DNA of 64,000 bases. It comes from Spirochaetia bacterium. GTDB taxonomy: Bacteria > Spirochaetota > Spirochaetia > G963692905. The translations under genes were made by a program, and so were the position numbers. Shown here in pieces: positions 38,215 to 47,895 of the stretch (the stretch's first letter is position 1; the number at the start of each line of letters is the position of its first letter). The notes below the pieces were generated by a model. It was not told the DNA's origin. It ran no database searches and was given only the letters and a program-made list of their open reading frames with translations. The stretch lies in the NCBI GenBank assembly GCA_965261245.1, contig OZ253446.1:1233300-1297299 (forward strand), written 5' to 3'.

Positions 38215-38517
38215 CTACCCAAGAAACTGATAGATACTAACCAGCACCGCGAGTAACGCAACCCCGAATGCACCAAACCACCGCAAACTAGCAAAGTTCT
38301 TGTCGGTTCTGTCCATATGGCGCGTGAAATCCTGACGCAGGTGCTTTATCTCTTCTTCAACCCGAATCATGCGTTCCACGATCCGCATATCTCTGGAAAA
38401 CCCTGTCCCACTGTCTGCAGCGTAGCTGGCGGTGTTTGCGTGCATTTGCTGTGTTATCAGGGGAACCAGTTCGGTAACCAGCGCTTTTTTGTCTGCTTTC
38501 GTTAACGCTTGAGCCAT
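38215..38517 (-). CDS. Small coiled-coil protein with C-terminal TM anchor
   Basis: 100 aa. C-terminal helix WFGAFGVALLAVLVSIYQFL. No family recognised. Confidence 0.5.
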   Translation of the reverse strand: MAQALTKADKKALVTELVPLITQQMHANTASYAADSGTGFSRDMRIVERMIRVEEEIKHLRQDFTRHMDRTDKNFASLRWFGAFGVALLAVLVSIYQFLG

Positions 38518-38594
38518 AGTAAAAGTATAATTATTTTCGGAGATATGTCAAGCGTACCCATCTTGTCAATAATTGAAGGTGGGTGCAATACTTT

Positions 38595-38746
38595 GCGCTA
38601 GGCATGTGAAGGGTGGCGGGCGCGTTTGCGCCCGCCAGACGCCGCGGAGTTCCTGTAGCATCTTTACTGCGTGAGGTGCGGCGGCCGAGCCCTGAGCACG
38701 CCGACCGCCGGCGCGCCTGGGGCGCGGCGGGGGTAGCGCGCCCAAC
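38595..38746 (+). repeat. Family B repeat, copy B3
   Basis: Aligned by eye to B1. Ends 8 nt from the priA stop codon. Confidence 0.85.
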
Positions 38747-38753
38747 CCCTGGG

Positions 38754-40799
38754 TTAGAGTATGCGGAGCGGGTCGATGTCGCATTCGGTGAATACACCCG
38801 CGGGGGGGGCGAGGGCGAGGGCGTGGGCAGCGGGGGCGCGGGCGGTGGTGATGTCGGGGGCGAGGATGATGATTTGCCAGCGGTATTTGTCGGAGATTTT
38901 GGCGATGCTGCACGGCTGCGGGTCGTAGATGCTGAGCTCTGGCGAGGATTGTGCGGCGGAGGCGGCGGCGCGCTGGTGGAGGGTGTGGGCGAAGTTTTTG
39001 ACTTTGGTGTCGCTGGTGCCGCGGATGACGATGCGGATCATGCGGCGGTACGGGGGGAAGGCGAGGTCGCGGCGGATGGTGAGCTCGCGGTTGTAGAACT
39101 CCTCGAGGGCGGCGGCTGCTGCGGTGGTGACGGCGGCGTTTTTGCCCCGGTAGGTTTGGATGATGACCTGGCCGCCGTCGGGGTGACGGGAGGCGCGGCC
39201 GGCGACCTGGGTGAGGAGGATGAATGTCTGCTCCTCGGCGCGGAAGTCGGGGAGGGTGAGGGAGGCGTCGGCGAGGATGATGCCGACCAGCCGGAGGTGG
39301 CGGAAGTTGAGCCCTTTGGCGATCATCTGGGTGCCGACGAGGATATCGATTTTTTGTTCGGAGACGTCGCGGAGCAAGGTCTCGAGGGTCCCGGGGCGGG
39401 CCATGGTGTCGGTGTCGACGCGGGCGATGCGGGCATCGGGGAATAGGCGGCGGGTCTCTTGTTCGACCAGCTCGGTCCCGAAGCCGACGAAGCCGATGTC
39501 GATTGACTTGCACTCAGGGCACTGGGTCTGTTTGGGTTGGCGTTCGCCGCAGTAGTGGCAGAGCATGCTGGCTTTCTGTTTGTGGTATATCAGGGCGATG
39601 GCGCAGCGGGTGCAGCGTTGGGTGTACCCGCAGGCGCGGCAGATGAGTGCGTGTCCGAAGCCGCGGCGGTTATGCAGGAGTAAAACTTGCTGGTTTTCCC
39701 CCAGGGTGTCGTGGATGGCTTGCTGGAGTTTGTCCCCGATGATGCCGGGTTGGCCTTGCAGGGGGGCGATGGTGATGCGCGGGGGCTGGCCGATTGCCCG
39801 CTGGGCCAGGGTGAGGTGGTGCATCCGGGAGGTTTTGATGGCGTGCCACGCCTCCAGGGAGGGGGTGGCGCTGGCCATGAGGATGCTGGCGGAGTGGGCG
39901 GCGGCGCGGCGGAAGGCGACGTGGCGGGCGTGGTATCGGGGCGTGGTGTGTGACTTGTATGCGCCCTCTTGCTCCTCGTCGATGATGATCAGGCGGATGT
40001 CGGGGAGGGGGGCGAAGATGGCGCTGCGGGCGCCGATGACCAGCCGGGCCTGGCGGGTGGTGATCTGCCGCAGGGCGGCGGTGCGCTGTTTGTGGGTGAG
40101 GCGTGAGTGGAGGAGGGCGTGGGGGGTTGTGGGGAAGCGGTGCTTGATGAGTTCGGCGGTTTGGATTGCCAGGGATATTTCCGGGACGAGGAGGATGACG
40201 CCGCCGGTGTCGCTGGCGTTGAGTGTCTGGTGGGCGATGTGGAGCAGCAGCTCGCCCTTGCCGGAGCCGGTGACGCCGTGCAGGTAGGTGTGCGGGGGAC
40301 GCGGGGCGGCGGGTGCGGTGGTGGGCGGCGGCGCGGCGGGGTGGGAGGTGATTTTTTGGTATTGTTTGAGTACTTGCTGTTGGGCGGGGGTGAAGGTAAT
40401 GGTTGGGGGCGGTGGGGGCGGTGCGGTGGCGACGGGGAGGGCATCGGAGAGCGGGGTAGGGGGGTCTGTTTCCTGCGGGCGTTTGCCCAGGGCGACGGGG
40501 AGCATTGCGGATAGGGCCTCGCCGAGTGAGCAGAGGTAGAATTCGCGCATCCAGTGGGCGAGGGCGAGGAGGTCGGGGGTAATCCACGCACTGTCGTCGA
40601 TGACGCGGGTGATGTCTTTGACGTCGTATTTGCTGGCCGCCTGTTGGGTGGTGTGGGCGACGATAAATCCGCGCAGCTTGCGGTTGCGGAATGGGGCCTC
40701 TACCCGTTTGCCGACGGCGTAATCGTTTTCCCCATCGGGGGCGTGGTAGGTAAAAGGCCGGTCGACGGGGAGGTTGAAGGCAACGTGCAGGTAGGGCAT
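38754..40799 (-). CDS. priA: Primosomal protein N' (replication restart helicase)
   Basis: Walker A GVTGSGKGE, DEEQEGAYK box, Cys-rich zinc-binding insert (CRACGY..CTRC..CHYCG..CPEC). Confidence 0.9.
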   Translation of the reverse strand: MPYLHVAFNLPVDRPFTYHAPDGENDYAVGKRVEAPFRNRKLRGFIVAHTTQQAASKYDVKDITRVIDDSAWITPDLLALAHWMREFYLCSLGEALSAMLPVALGKRPQETDPPTPLSDALPVATAPPPPPPTITFTPAQQQVLKQYQKITSHPAAPPPTTAPAAPRPPHTYLHGVTGSGKGELLLHIAHQTLNASDTGGVILLVPEISLAIQTAELIKHRFPTTPHALLHSRLTHKQRTAALRQITTRQARLVIGARSAIFAPLPDIRLIIIDEEQEGAYKSHTTPRYHARHVAFRRAAAHSASILMASATPSLEAWHAIKTSRMHHLTLAQRAIGQPPRITIAPLQGQPGIIGDKLQQAIHDTLGENQQVLLLHNRRGFGHALICRACGYTQRCTRCAIALIYHKQKASMLCHYCGERQPKQTQCPECKSIDIGFVGFGTELVEQETRRLFPDARIARVDTDTMARPGTLETLLRDVSEQKIDILVGTQMIAKGLNFRHLRLVGIILADASLTLPDFRAEEQTFILLTQVAGRASRHPDGGQVIIQTYRGKNAAVTTAAAAALEEFYNRELTIRRDLAFPPYRRMIRIVIRGTSDTKVKNFAHTLHQRAAASAAQSSPELSIYDPQPCSIAKISDKYRWQIIILAPDITTARAPAAHALALAPPAGVFTECDIDPLRIL

Positions 40800-40814
40800 A
40801 GGCGGTGGGCGGCG

Positions 40815-41765
40815 TTAGGAGGGGTTTAGGAATTGCTGCAGTTTCTGCAGATCTTCCCATACCGGTTGGCGCCAGCGCGAGTTGCGCAGGACGGCACTGG
40901 GGTGGTAGGTAACAAAGAGCGGAACGCCGAGAAATTGGTGCTGTTTGGTGCGGAGGGCCCCGAGGGTGGCCTCCTGGTTGAGGAGGTGCTGGGCGGATAT
41001 TCTGCCGACTGCGAGGATGGCGCGCGGGCGGATGATGGCAATTTGTTTGAGCAGGTAGGGTTTGCAGGCGGCGGCCTCGTCGGTTTGCGGGTCGCGGTTA
41101 CCGGGGGGGCGGCACTTGATGATGTTTGCAATGAATACGTTGGTCTTGCGGGATAGGTTGATTGCCGCAAGCCATTTATCGAGGTACTTCCCTGCCCGGC
41201 CGACAAACGGCTCGCCCTGTTGGTCCTCGCTGGCACCCGGGGCCTCGCCGATAACCATGACTTGCGGGTTCAGGACCCCGACCCCGGGGACGGCGTGGGT
41301 GCGGGTTGCGGATAACCCGCAGGCGGTGCACGAGCGGACCTCGGCGGCCACTGCCTCAAGGTCGCGGGCGAGACTGGCTTGGTCTTGCGGTGTCGCTGGT
41401 GGGCGGGCGGCGGGCGCGGGGGGCGGTGGCGGCGGCGTCGGAGCGCTGTGCGTCGGAGCACTGTGGGTTGGTGCGGGTGCCGCAGGCGCGGGAGATGCCG
41501 GTTTTCCTGCGAGAGGCGCCAGGGCAGGGGGCGGGGGCGGGGGCGAAGAGGCAGGAGGCGCGGGGGGTTCGGATTTGCTAGTGCCTGCCGAAGAAGCAGA
41601 GAGCGATTGATTCCGGGGTGCCGGCGTTTGTGCACCGGCTGCCGCAGAATTGTTGCTGCTGCGGTACCACCTGCCGTGCGCGATATCGTCCAGCGCGCCG
41701 GTAATTGAGGTAACTGCGTCGTTTTCTGCCGGCGGAGTATTACTCATGCCATGAGTGTAGCACAA
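40815..41765 (-). CDS. Uracil-DNA glycosylase, family 4, with Pro/Ala-rich N-terminal extension
   Basis: GEAPGASEDQQGEPFVGRAGKYL and HPS motifs, Cys cluster (CTACGL). About 130-aa low-complexity N-terminus. Confidence 0.8.
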   Translation of the reverse strand: MCYTHGMSNTPPAENDAVTSITGALDDIAHGRWYRSSNNSAAAGAQTPAPRNQSLSASSAGTSKSEPPAPPASSPPPPPPALAPLAGKPASPAPAAPAPTHSAPTHSAPTPPPPPPAPAARPPATPQDQASLARDLEAVAAEVRSCTACGLSATRTHAVPGVGVLNPQVMVIGEAPGASEDQQGEPFVGRAGKYLDKWLAAINLSRKTNVFIANIIKCRPPGNRDPQTDEAAACKPYLLKQIAIIRPRAILAVGRISAQHLLNQEATLGALRTKQHQFLGVPLFVTYHPSAVLRNSRWRQPVWEDLQKLQQFLNPS

Positions 41766-41808
41766 ACGGCATATATCGGGTAGCGCTCCCGGGCACGCCC
41801 GGCGGGGC

Positions 41809-42690
41809 CTATGATAATCCCAGCTGTTTATCGTAATGTATCCACGCGAGATACAGGGCGTGGGCGGGCGCGGTGTTCCCGACAGACTCCCGCTCCTTGC
41901 TTTCGAGCAGGCGGGAGATATCGGCGGGCGAATACTTGCGGGTATCGATCACAGTCCCGACAATCGACCGGATCATTTTGCGGCAGAAGCCGGTGGCGGT
42001 AATGGTGATGGTGTACCCGTCGGCGGTAGAGTAGGCGGCGGCGGTGGTAATGGTACGGAGCACCGGAGGCGCGGCGGCGCGGACGGGCGGGGGAAGTTGG
42101 CAGAACGCACAGAAGTCATGGGTGCCGACGAGGGCGGACAGGGAGCGGTTGACGCTCCGGAGATCCAAGGGCGCGGGTATGTGCAGGCGGTAATTCCGCA
42201 GATGCGCCAGGACAGGTCCGGGGTAGAGGCGGTAGTGATAGGTACGGAGGCGGGCATGGTAGCGGGCGTGAAAATCTCCCGGAACCTCGGCGCTGGCGGT
42301 TATGTTTACGTCATCTGGCAGCAGGGGGTTGAGTGCATAGCAGAACCGGTCTGCGGGGATGCCGGTGTTGGGGGTAATAAAGTTGGCATATTGCCCGATG
42401 GCATGGACGCCGGCGTCGGTGCGGCTGGCGCCGGTCAGTTTTATCGGCGCACCGCCGTGGAACTCCTGCAGTGCGTCGGTCAGGACGCCGGCAACAGTAC
42501 GGGGCGGGGGCGGCGGCGGGTGTGCCGTGTCAGGGCGAGGCGCCGCGGAAACCCCTGCGGGATCGGATCCAGCATCGGACCCGGCAGCAGATGACCCCGC
42601 AGGCGCCGAATTTTCCTCACCCCCCGGTTGCTGCTGCCAGCCGTAAAAAGCACTGCCGTCGTAGGAGATGCGTAACCCGATATTTCGCAT
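41809..42690 (-). CDS. truA: tRNA pseudouridine(38-40) synthase
   Basis: YDGSAFYGWQ N-terminus, catalytic RTDAGVHA. Contains a low-complexity insert. Confidence 0.85.
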   Translation of the reverse strand: MRNIGLRISYDGSAFYGWQQQPGGEENSAPAGSSAAGSDAGSDPAGVSAAPRPDTAHPPPPPPRTVAGVLTDALQEFHGGAPIKLTGASRTDAGVHAIGQYANFITPNTGIPADRFCYALNPLLPDDVNITASAEVPGDFHARYHARLRTYHYRLYPGPVLAHLRNYRLHIPAPLDLRSVNRSLSALVGTHDFCAFCQLPPPVRAAAPPVLRTITTAAAYSTADGYTITITATGFCRKMIRSIVGTVIDTRKYSPADISRLLESKERESVGNTAPAHALYLAWIHYDKQLGLS

Positions 42691-42758
42691 AGATAGGAGT
42701 TAGAGAGAAACCGCGGAGACCCCCGCCTCGCCCCCCCTGTGAGAGCCTCTTTCGGCTG

Positions 42759-43646
42759 TTACCCCCTCCCCATCGGGTTGGCGATCTCTATATCGTCCGT
42801 CGTGCGATGCGATTTGCAGCTCTGCAGCTCCTTGTTAACCAGAGCAAAGACACGCTGCGAATGCTCTAACAATACCGACGGCTTAAGTTTGCTGATTTTA
42901 CCAAGCCCGAATATACGCGACAGACGCATTTTTGATACCTCCAGGTTTTTGGCGCGCACCTTAATAATGTCCCGCGGCCCCCAGTTAAGTTCCAACACAC
43001 TGGCTATATAGAGTATGCCGTCGAAACCATAATTTTTATCGGTATCCGGACCAAGGTTCAGATCATCAGGAATCGCCGCCTGCTCCCGCTCTTCTAAGTC
43101 AAGGGCACGCTTGTACAGAAAGCGCGCCTTGCGGTAGAAAACGCGCATCAGCACATCCCAATTATTTCCCGGTTGCTGGCGGTGCAAGTCGCCCAGCAGC
43201 CACGCGGCCCGGAGCGAACAGAGTGCCTGCCGAAACGCAGGGCAGCTCTCTGGGGGCATCCCGTCGTAGCATTGCATGGCGTAGTAATACGATGCAATCC
43301 CCCCCAGGAGCGTGCGTTCCTTAGAGAAGTCAATCCCCGGGGCAATCGATTCCATTGATTCGCGCCGCTGATTTTGCCGGCGATGAATGGTCTCCAGGAG
43401 CCCGGGTTTGAACGTGCGTAAAAAATCGGTCTTGAAGGCCGCATACGAGCAGCGCGGACAGACGGTTATCGAATAAATTGCCGGCGTAACTACAACGCCG
43501 TCAATAGGCGCGTAAGTATGACGGAGCTCCGGAGTGAGCTTGTCGACAGACAGACGCCCCCGCCCGGTGTGTAACTCCTCGCGCCGAAAGCCCTGTTCGC
43601 ACACAGGACAGGAAAGTTTTTCGGATGCATAATAACTTAATTTCAT
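42759..43646 (-). CDS. DUF2225-like protein (zinc ribbon plus helical domain)
   Basis: CPVC...CPRC pair at the N-terminus followed by a helical region. Family assignment is from memory of the DUF2225 layout. Confidence 0.5.
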   Translation of the reverse strand: MKLSYYASEKLSCPVCEQGFRREELHTGRGRLSVDKLTPELRHTYAPIDGVVVTPAIYSITVCPRCSYAAFKTDFLRTFKPGLLETIHRRQNQRRESMESIAPGIDFSKERTLLGGIASYYYAMQCYDGMPPESCPAFRQALCSLRAAWLLGDLHRQQPGNNWDVLMRVFYRKARFLYKRALDLEEREQAAIPDDLNLGPDTDKNYGFDGILYIASVLELNWGPRDIIKVRAKNLEVSKMRLSRIFGLGKISKLKPSVLLEHSQRVFALVNKELQSCKSHRTTDDIEIANPMGRG

Positions 43647-44098
43647 TCACTCCCCCCCTGTCCAGTAGACTGGTGTTGCTCTATTATTACATACGCCGTA
43701 GCGTATTCGTCGGTGTAGCTGATTGATACATGGTTCCGCCACCCCGTCCCGCCCATGCGCTCCGAGAGATCATTGAACAGCACAACCTGCGGGGCACCAA
43801 CCGAACTGCGGCTGACGGCAATATCCCGCAGCTCCATATCAAGCATCCCAGACCCCAACGCCTTCCCGAAAGCCTCCTTAACCGCGTACCGTCCGGCTAT
43901 GGCACGCTGCTGGGCATACGCCCCGCCCCCGCGCCGACCCCCCCCAGCCTCGCCTTCGCGCCCCGTCCCGCTCCCGGGTAGCGAGTAAATATACTCGCGG
44001 TCAACACCATGGAAAAACCGCTCCAGTTTTTTCCGATTCCCAACCCAATCGCGGAAACGATCAATGGCCACAGTATCCACCCCTATGCCGTAAATCAT
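43643..44098 (-). CDS. acpS: Holo-[acyl-carrier-protein] synthase
   Basis: MIYGIGVDTVAIDRF N-terminus and KEAFGKALG motif. Contains a Gly/Arg-rich insert. Confidence 0.8.
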   Translation of the reverse strand: MIYGIGVDTVAIDRFRDWVGNRKKLERFFHGVDREYIYSLPGSGTGREGEAGGGRRGGGAYAQQRAIAGRYAVKEAFGKALGSGMLDMELRDIAVSRSSVGAPQVVLFNDLSERMGGTGWRNHVSISYTDEYATAYVIIEQHQSTGQGGSE

Positions 44099-44108
44099 AT
44101 TCTCTCCA

Positions 44109-45083
44109 TTATTGATTATCGACCTCTACCAGTAATTCCTTGGGTGTAAAATCAATCACCGTCAGGCCCTCAAACTCCTGCGGCAGCGCGGGCGTGACCG
44201 CGAGCGTATAGACCCCGGGGTTATTTATTTCCTCGGCATCAACCTCCAGGAAAACCTCATCCCCCGGTAGTTGGTTCAACGCCGACAACACACCCTCAAT
44301 GATAACCCGCCCATCTTCATAGGTATACGAGGCAGACAGATTTCTCCGCAGATTATTGATTTGCAGCTGCGGTAAATTGATAGTCTGGGTAATGGGTACC
44401 TCAACAATATTCACCCGTACCGACACAGTGTTCTCTCTAGTGAACTGCATGTACTCATGTACCCCCGGTACCTCCAGCTCTGTCACAAAAGATTCCGTGT
44501 ATTCGTTCAAATCCAGGTCAACGCTCCGCAGCGTCTCCAGGTTCTCGATAACGCTCCGCGGTCCGGTGACCTCCAGCGACGCCGGACTCAACCGCGCCTG
44601 CGCAACCCGGTACCCGCGCCGCGTCCCCGCCCCGCCTCCAAGCTCGACCCGCACCACCTTGGCAATCCGCTCCTCAATGCGCACCGACACCTGCGCCGGC
44701 ACACTGGACACCTCCAGGGGGTCAACCTGCAGCGCACCGCCCAACCGCTCCAACTGCACCGACGCATTCACCGTCCCGACAGTCTGGTACTGCCGGAGAT
44801 CAACAAAGGCCCGGATATCCTCACTGATAATAGCGACAATCTCATCTCCCTCGCCGCGCAAATTCACCTGCACGCTGCGCGCCAACTCCGCAGAGGGCAC
44901 ATAATTTTGCGGCATGATAACCTCCAGGGGCACGGTAATGATCCGTTCCTGCAGGGTAGTGATGTTATTCAATAAAACAATGCCGATTGCCGCTAACAGC
45001 GATATGGCCTTGATATGCCACATATTAAACAGCATACCCGTCCATTTCCTGACAACCCGACGGGTAGTGCGCAGAGAATTCAT
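44109..45083 (-). CDS. cdaR: YbbR-domain protein (CdaR-like regulator of diadenylate cyclase)
   Basis: N-terminal TM helix plus repeated YbbR-like beta modules. 4-nt overlap with cdaA. Confidence 0.7.
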   Translation of the reverse strand: MNSLRTTRRVVRKWTGMLFNMWHIKAISLLAAIGIVLLNNITTLQERIITVPLEVIMPQNYVPSAELARSVQVNLRGEGDEIVAIISEDIRAFVDLRQYQTVGTVNASVQLERLGGALQVDPLEVSSVPAQVSVRIEERIAKVVRVELGGGAGTRRGYRVAQARLSPASLEVTGPRSVIENLETLRSVDLDLNEYTESFVTELEVPGVHEYMQFTRENTVSVRVNIVEVPITQTINLPQLQINNLRRNLSASYTYEDGRVIIEGVLSALNQLPGDEVFLEVDAEEINNPGVYTLAVTPALPQEFEGLTVIDFTPKELLVEVDNQ

Positions 45084-45886
45084 CGCCCCATACCCCCCGC
45101 CGCCGTTGCCCCCGCCGCCCCGTCCCGTCCATCCACCAGGAGCCCGTGCAGCCGCTGCTGCATCGCATCCAGGGAGAGCACGTTATGCAGCCGTCCATCA
45201 TAGGCCAACGACAGCGTCCCGGTCTCTTCAGAAATAATCAACGCTATGGCGTCACTCTCTTCGGCAATCCCCAGCCCCGCCCGGTGCCGCGTCCCGTAAT
45301 TGGCCACGGCATCAGTCTGGGTAGACAGAGGCAGCAAACACCCCGCCGCCACCACCCGGTCATCGCTAATAACCACCGCCCCGTCGTGCAGGGTAGTATT
45401 GTATGCAAAAATTGTCATCAGCAACTGACTGCTAACCTCCGCGTAGAGCTTCGTCCCGCTATCGATAATATTGAGCAGCCCAATCCGCCGCGTGAACACA
45501 ATCAGCGCCCCGCGGCGCATCTCCACCAGCTGCTTGACGGCGGTAATCACCGGTTCAATGGGATACTCTTTCACCTCCCGCACCGACCCGAATGTAAACA
45601 CCGTCCGCCGCCCCAGCCGGTTAATTATCTGACGAATTTCCGGCTGAAAAATAATTGCCATGGCAATCAGAAAACTTGGAGCCAGCCGATTCATTATCCA
45701 CAGCAGCGTCTCCAACTGCAGCAGAAACGCCAACCCGTAGACAATCCCCAGCCACAAAACACCGCGGATAAGCTGCAGCACCCGCGTCTTCACCAGTAGC
45801 CGGTACGTGTGATAAATCACCGTCGCTATCAGGAGCACATCAAGTGCCGGCCGCATGTAGGTATCAAATATTGCCGCAATACTCAT
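45080..45886 (-). CDS. cdaA: Diadenylate cyclase CdaA
   Basis: Three N-terminal TM helices. DAC domain motifs DGAVVI and GTRHRAGLGIAEESDAIALIISEETG. Confidence 0.85.
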   Translation of the reverse strand: MSIAAIFDTYMRPALDVLLIATVIYHTYRLLVKTRVLQLIRGVLWLGIVYGLAFLLQLETLLWIMNRLAPSFLIAMAIIFQPEIRQIINRLGRRTVFTFGSVREVKEYPIEPVITAVKQLVEMRRGALIVFTRRIGLLNIIDSGTKLYAEVSSQLLMTIFAYNTTLHDGAVVISDDRVVAAGCLLPLSTQTDAVANYGTRHRAGLGIAEESDAIALIISEETGTLSLAYDGRLHNVLSLDAMQQRLHGLLVDGRDGAAGATAAGGMGR

Positions 45887-45907
45887 ATTGGCATTATCCC
45901 CCGATGG

Positions 45908-45997
45908 CTACTTTTTCTTATGGCGATTCTGACGTAGTTTCTTCTTCCGCTTGTGCGTAGATATTTTTTTCCGCTTCCGTTTCTTCCCGCAGGGCAT
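45908..45997 (-). CDS. Small basic ORF, 29 aa (MPCGKKRKRKKISTHKRKKKLRQNRHKKK), bS22 / AURKAIP1-COX24-like
   Basis: Not in the ORF track. The sequence pattern matches the very small Lys/Arg-rich ribosomal protein bS22 class as I remember it. Lies directly upstream of cdaA. Confidence 0.5.
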   Translation of the reverse strand: MPCGKKRKRKKISTHKRKKKLRQNRHKKK

Positions 45998-46062
45998 ATT
46001 CAACCATACCCGAAACTCACACCCTGTGTCAAGCGGTTTAACAAGAAATTTATATTATTATT

Positions 46063-46218
46063 TTGGGCGCCCCCACCGCGGCGCTGCCGCGGCGGGTCGG
46101 CGTGCTCGCAGCTTGCTGCGCGCGGCCACCGCGCCCGTCCCAGTAAAGATGTCTGCTCAAGGCAGGCGGTGTCTGGCGGGCGCAAAGGCGCCCGCCACTG
46201 CTCCCATGCCTGGCGCGC
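46063..46218 (-). repeat. Family B repeat, copy B4 (reverse orientation, most divergent)
   Basis: The reverse complement aligns to B1. The closing stem is GCGCC/GGCGC instead of GCGCT/AGCGC. Confidence 0.8.
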
Positions 46219-46237
46219 ATCCTTGCTCGTCCCCGTG

Positions 46238-47134
46238 CTACCTTGCAGCGGCCAGGCGCAGTATTTCCGGCCGGTATTCAAAATGGAGATTATCAAAAAA
46301 CAGCCACTTGCCGCCCCAGACAAACCCGTTATCTTCAAACGCATCAATAATGGCCTGCGGGGGCGCCCAGCGTTCGGCAATAGGAATGGCCCACCAATCA
46401 CTGATACCCCACTCAGCAGACCAGCGCCAGTAGACATGCTGTCCCTGGTAATCATTGGAGAGCAGATCGACGGCTATCCCATAGGCGTGATAACTGCGCA
46501 CAGCAGTCCCGCTGATGGTGCGCCAGTGATACCCGCTGATGCTTTCAAGATTGCCGAGATATTCCCGTACCCCCGGGTCGCGGGCGGCGGCATAGCGGAT
46601 TGCAGCCTCAACGCGCGTCAGGGGATTGAGTAGAAACGGATGGACGTTAACCTGCTGCCCGAGAAAGTTGGTGCGCGTAATAATGCGTTCGGCATCGGCA
46701 CGGCTCGATATCCCATAGAGGGTATCCAGGAACGCATTGCTCCGCCGCACGGTATCCGGCGGCCTGCCGTCAAACAGAGAGCGCAGGTACTGTTCGCGCT
46801 CCGGGGGAACAATAATCTGCTGCGCCGCCCCGCGGTAGTAGGGGTAGAACCGGATACTCTGGTAGTCGGCATAGTTGGCGCGCTCACTTGCCGGAAGGAT
46901 GCGCCCGCGCGACCACCAGTACCGGCGCCCGCCAACCTCAATGCTCGCCTCTCCAGCGGAAAAGTTAAGACCGCCGATCCGTGCCGGGTAGGCGCCAATG
47001 AGCGCCTGCAGCTCCCGCCGCCCATCAGAGAGCTCCCAGGTACTTGGCAGCGTATTGGCAGCAGCAACGGCAGCTGCGCCCGCGCCAACCAGGAGAAGCA
47101 ACGCACCCATGCGCAACGTAAGACGAAAAATCAT
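46238..47134 (-). CDS. Peptidase M15-like (VanY / D,D-carboxypeptidase-type) secreted protein
   Basis: Signal peptide. RSYHAYGIAVDL (SxHxxGxAxD-type) and FVWGGKW motifs. Confidence 0.6.
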   Translation of the reverse strand: MIFRLTLRMGALLLLVGAGAAAVAAANTLPSTWELSDGRRELQALIGAYPARIGGLNFSAGEASIEVGGRRYWWSRGRILPASERANYADYQSIRFYPYYRGAAQQIIVPPEREQYLRSLFDGRPPDTVRRSNAFLDTLYGISSRADAERIITRTNFLGQQVNVHPFLLNPLTRVEAAIRYAAARDPGVREYLGNLESISGYHWRTISGTAVRSYHAYGIAVDLLSNDYQGQHVYWRWSAEWGISDWWAIPIAERWAPPQAIIDAFEDNGFVWGGKWLFFDNLHFEYRPEILRLAAAR

Positions 47135-47196
47135 ATGCGTATATTAATTATATACAAAACCGAAGAATTACTAGACCCCCTCGCTCGTGTTTTGTG

Positions 47197-47205
47197 TGCT
47201 ATACT
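47197..47205 (+). promoter_or_regulatory. Extended -10 TGc-TATACT upstream of the HAD hydrolase gene
   Basis: GTGTGCTATACT motif, 16 nt before ATG 47222. Confidence 0.35.
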
Positions 47206-47221
47206 GTATGAGAGAACGAGA

Positions 47222-47881
47222 ATGAAGCGCCACGTAATATTTGACCTTGACGGGTTGCTGGTTGATACCGAACGGTTCTTCCTGAAAATCTTTTGCGATG
47301 TGCTCGCAGAGCACGGGCACGAGGCGACACTGCAGGAGTATCGGAAATACATCGGGCTCCGCAAAGAAGAGATGATAGAGACGATGCTTCGCGAGCCGCA
47401 TATAGGGAAGAAGGCCCGGAAGATTATGCGGGAAATATTTGCCCGCAGTAAGACCCGCTATGCCATCGACAAACCCCCGCCCCTGCGCCCGGGGGCCCGG
47501 GAAATTGTTGAACACCTGCACCAGCAGAACATACCTTTATCGGTGGCAACCGCCACCCAGCACCGCCTCGCTATGATCTATTTGCGCTCTACCGGGATGG
47601 ATAGGTATTTTCACATGGTATTAGGCGGCGAACACGTCAAGCGCGGAAAACCGGCCCCGGATATTTATCTTCTGGCGCTCAAGAAATTTGGTGTAAGCAA
47701 ACACGAGGTTGTCGTCTTTGAAGATTCACCGCGCGGCGTAGAAGCAGCACATGCCGCGGGGCTGCGGGTGGTACAGATTCCTGATATGCTCAAACCGACC
47801 GCAGAGACACGCCGGCAGGCCTTTGCCGTCTATCCCTCACTGTCGGCAGCCCAAGAGAATCTGCCTCATATATTGTCGTAA
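47222..47881 (+). CDS. HAD-superfamily hydrolase (beta-phosphoglucomutase/phosphatase-like)
   Basis: Motif I FDLDGLLVDTE. C-terminal FEDSPRGVEAAHAAG. Start trimmed to ATG 47222. Confidence 0.75.
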   Translation: MKRHVIFDLDGLLVDTERFFLKIFCDVLAEHGHEATLQEYRKYIGLRKEEMIETMLREPHIGKKARKIMREIFARSKTRYAIDKPPPLRPGAREIVEHLHQQNIPLSVATATQHRLAMIYLRSTGMDRYFHMVLGGEHVKRGKPAPDIYLLALKKFGVSKHEVVVFEDSPRGVEAAHAAGLRVVQIPDMLKPTAETRRQAFAVYPSLSAAQENLPHILS

Positions 47882-47895
47882 CGCGCCGGGTGCGG

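Noticed and set aside
38566-40860. Long overlapping ORFs on both strands across priA (e.g. 38566..39513 -, 38613..39446 +, 39670..40860 -, 39989..40591 -).
   Set aside because: Their translations are Arg/Pro/Gly-rich low complexity, as expected from alternative frames of GC-rich coding DNA. The priA frame carries clear helicase motifs over the whole span.
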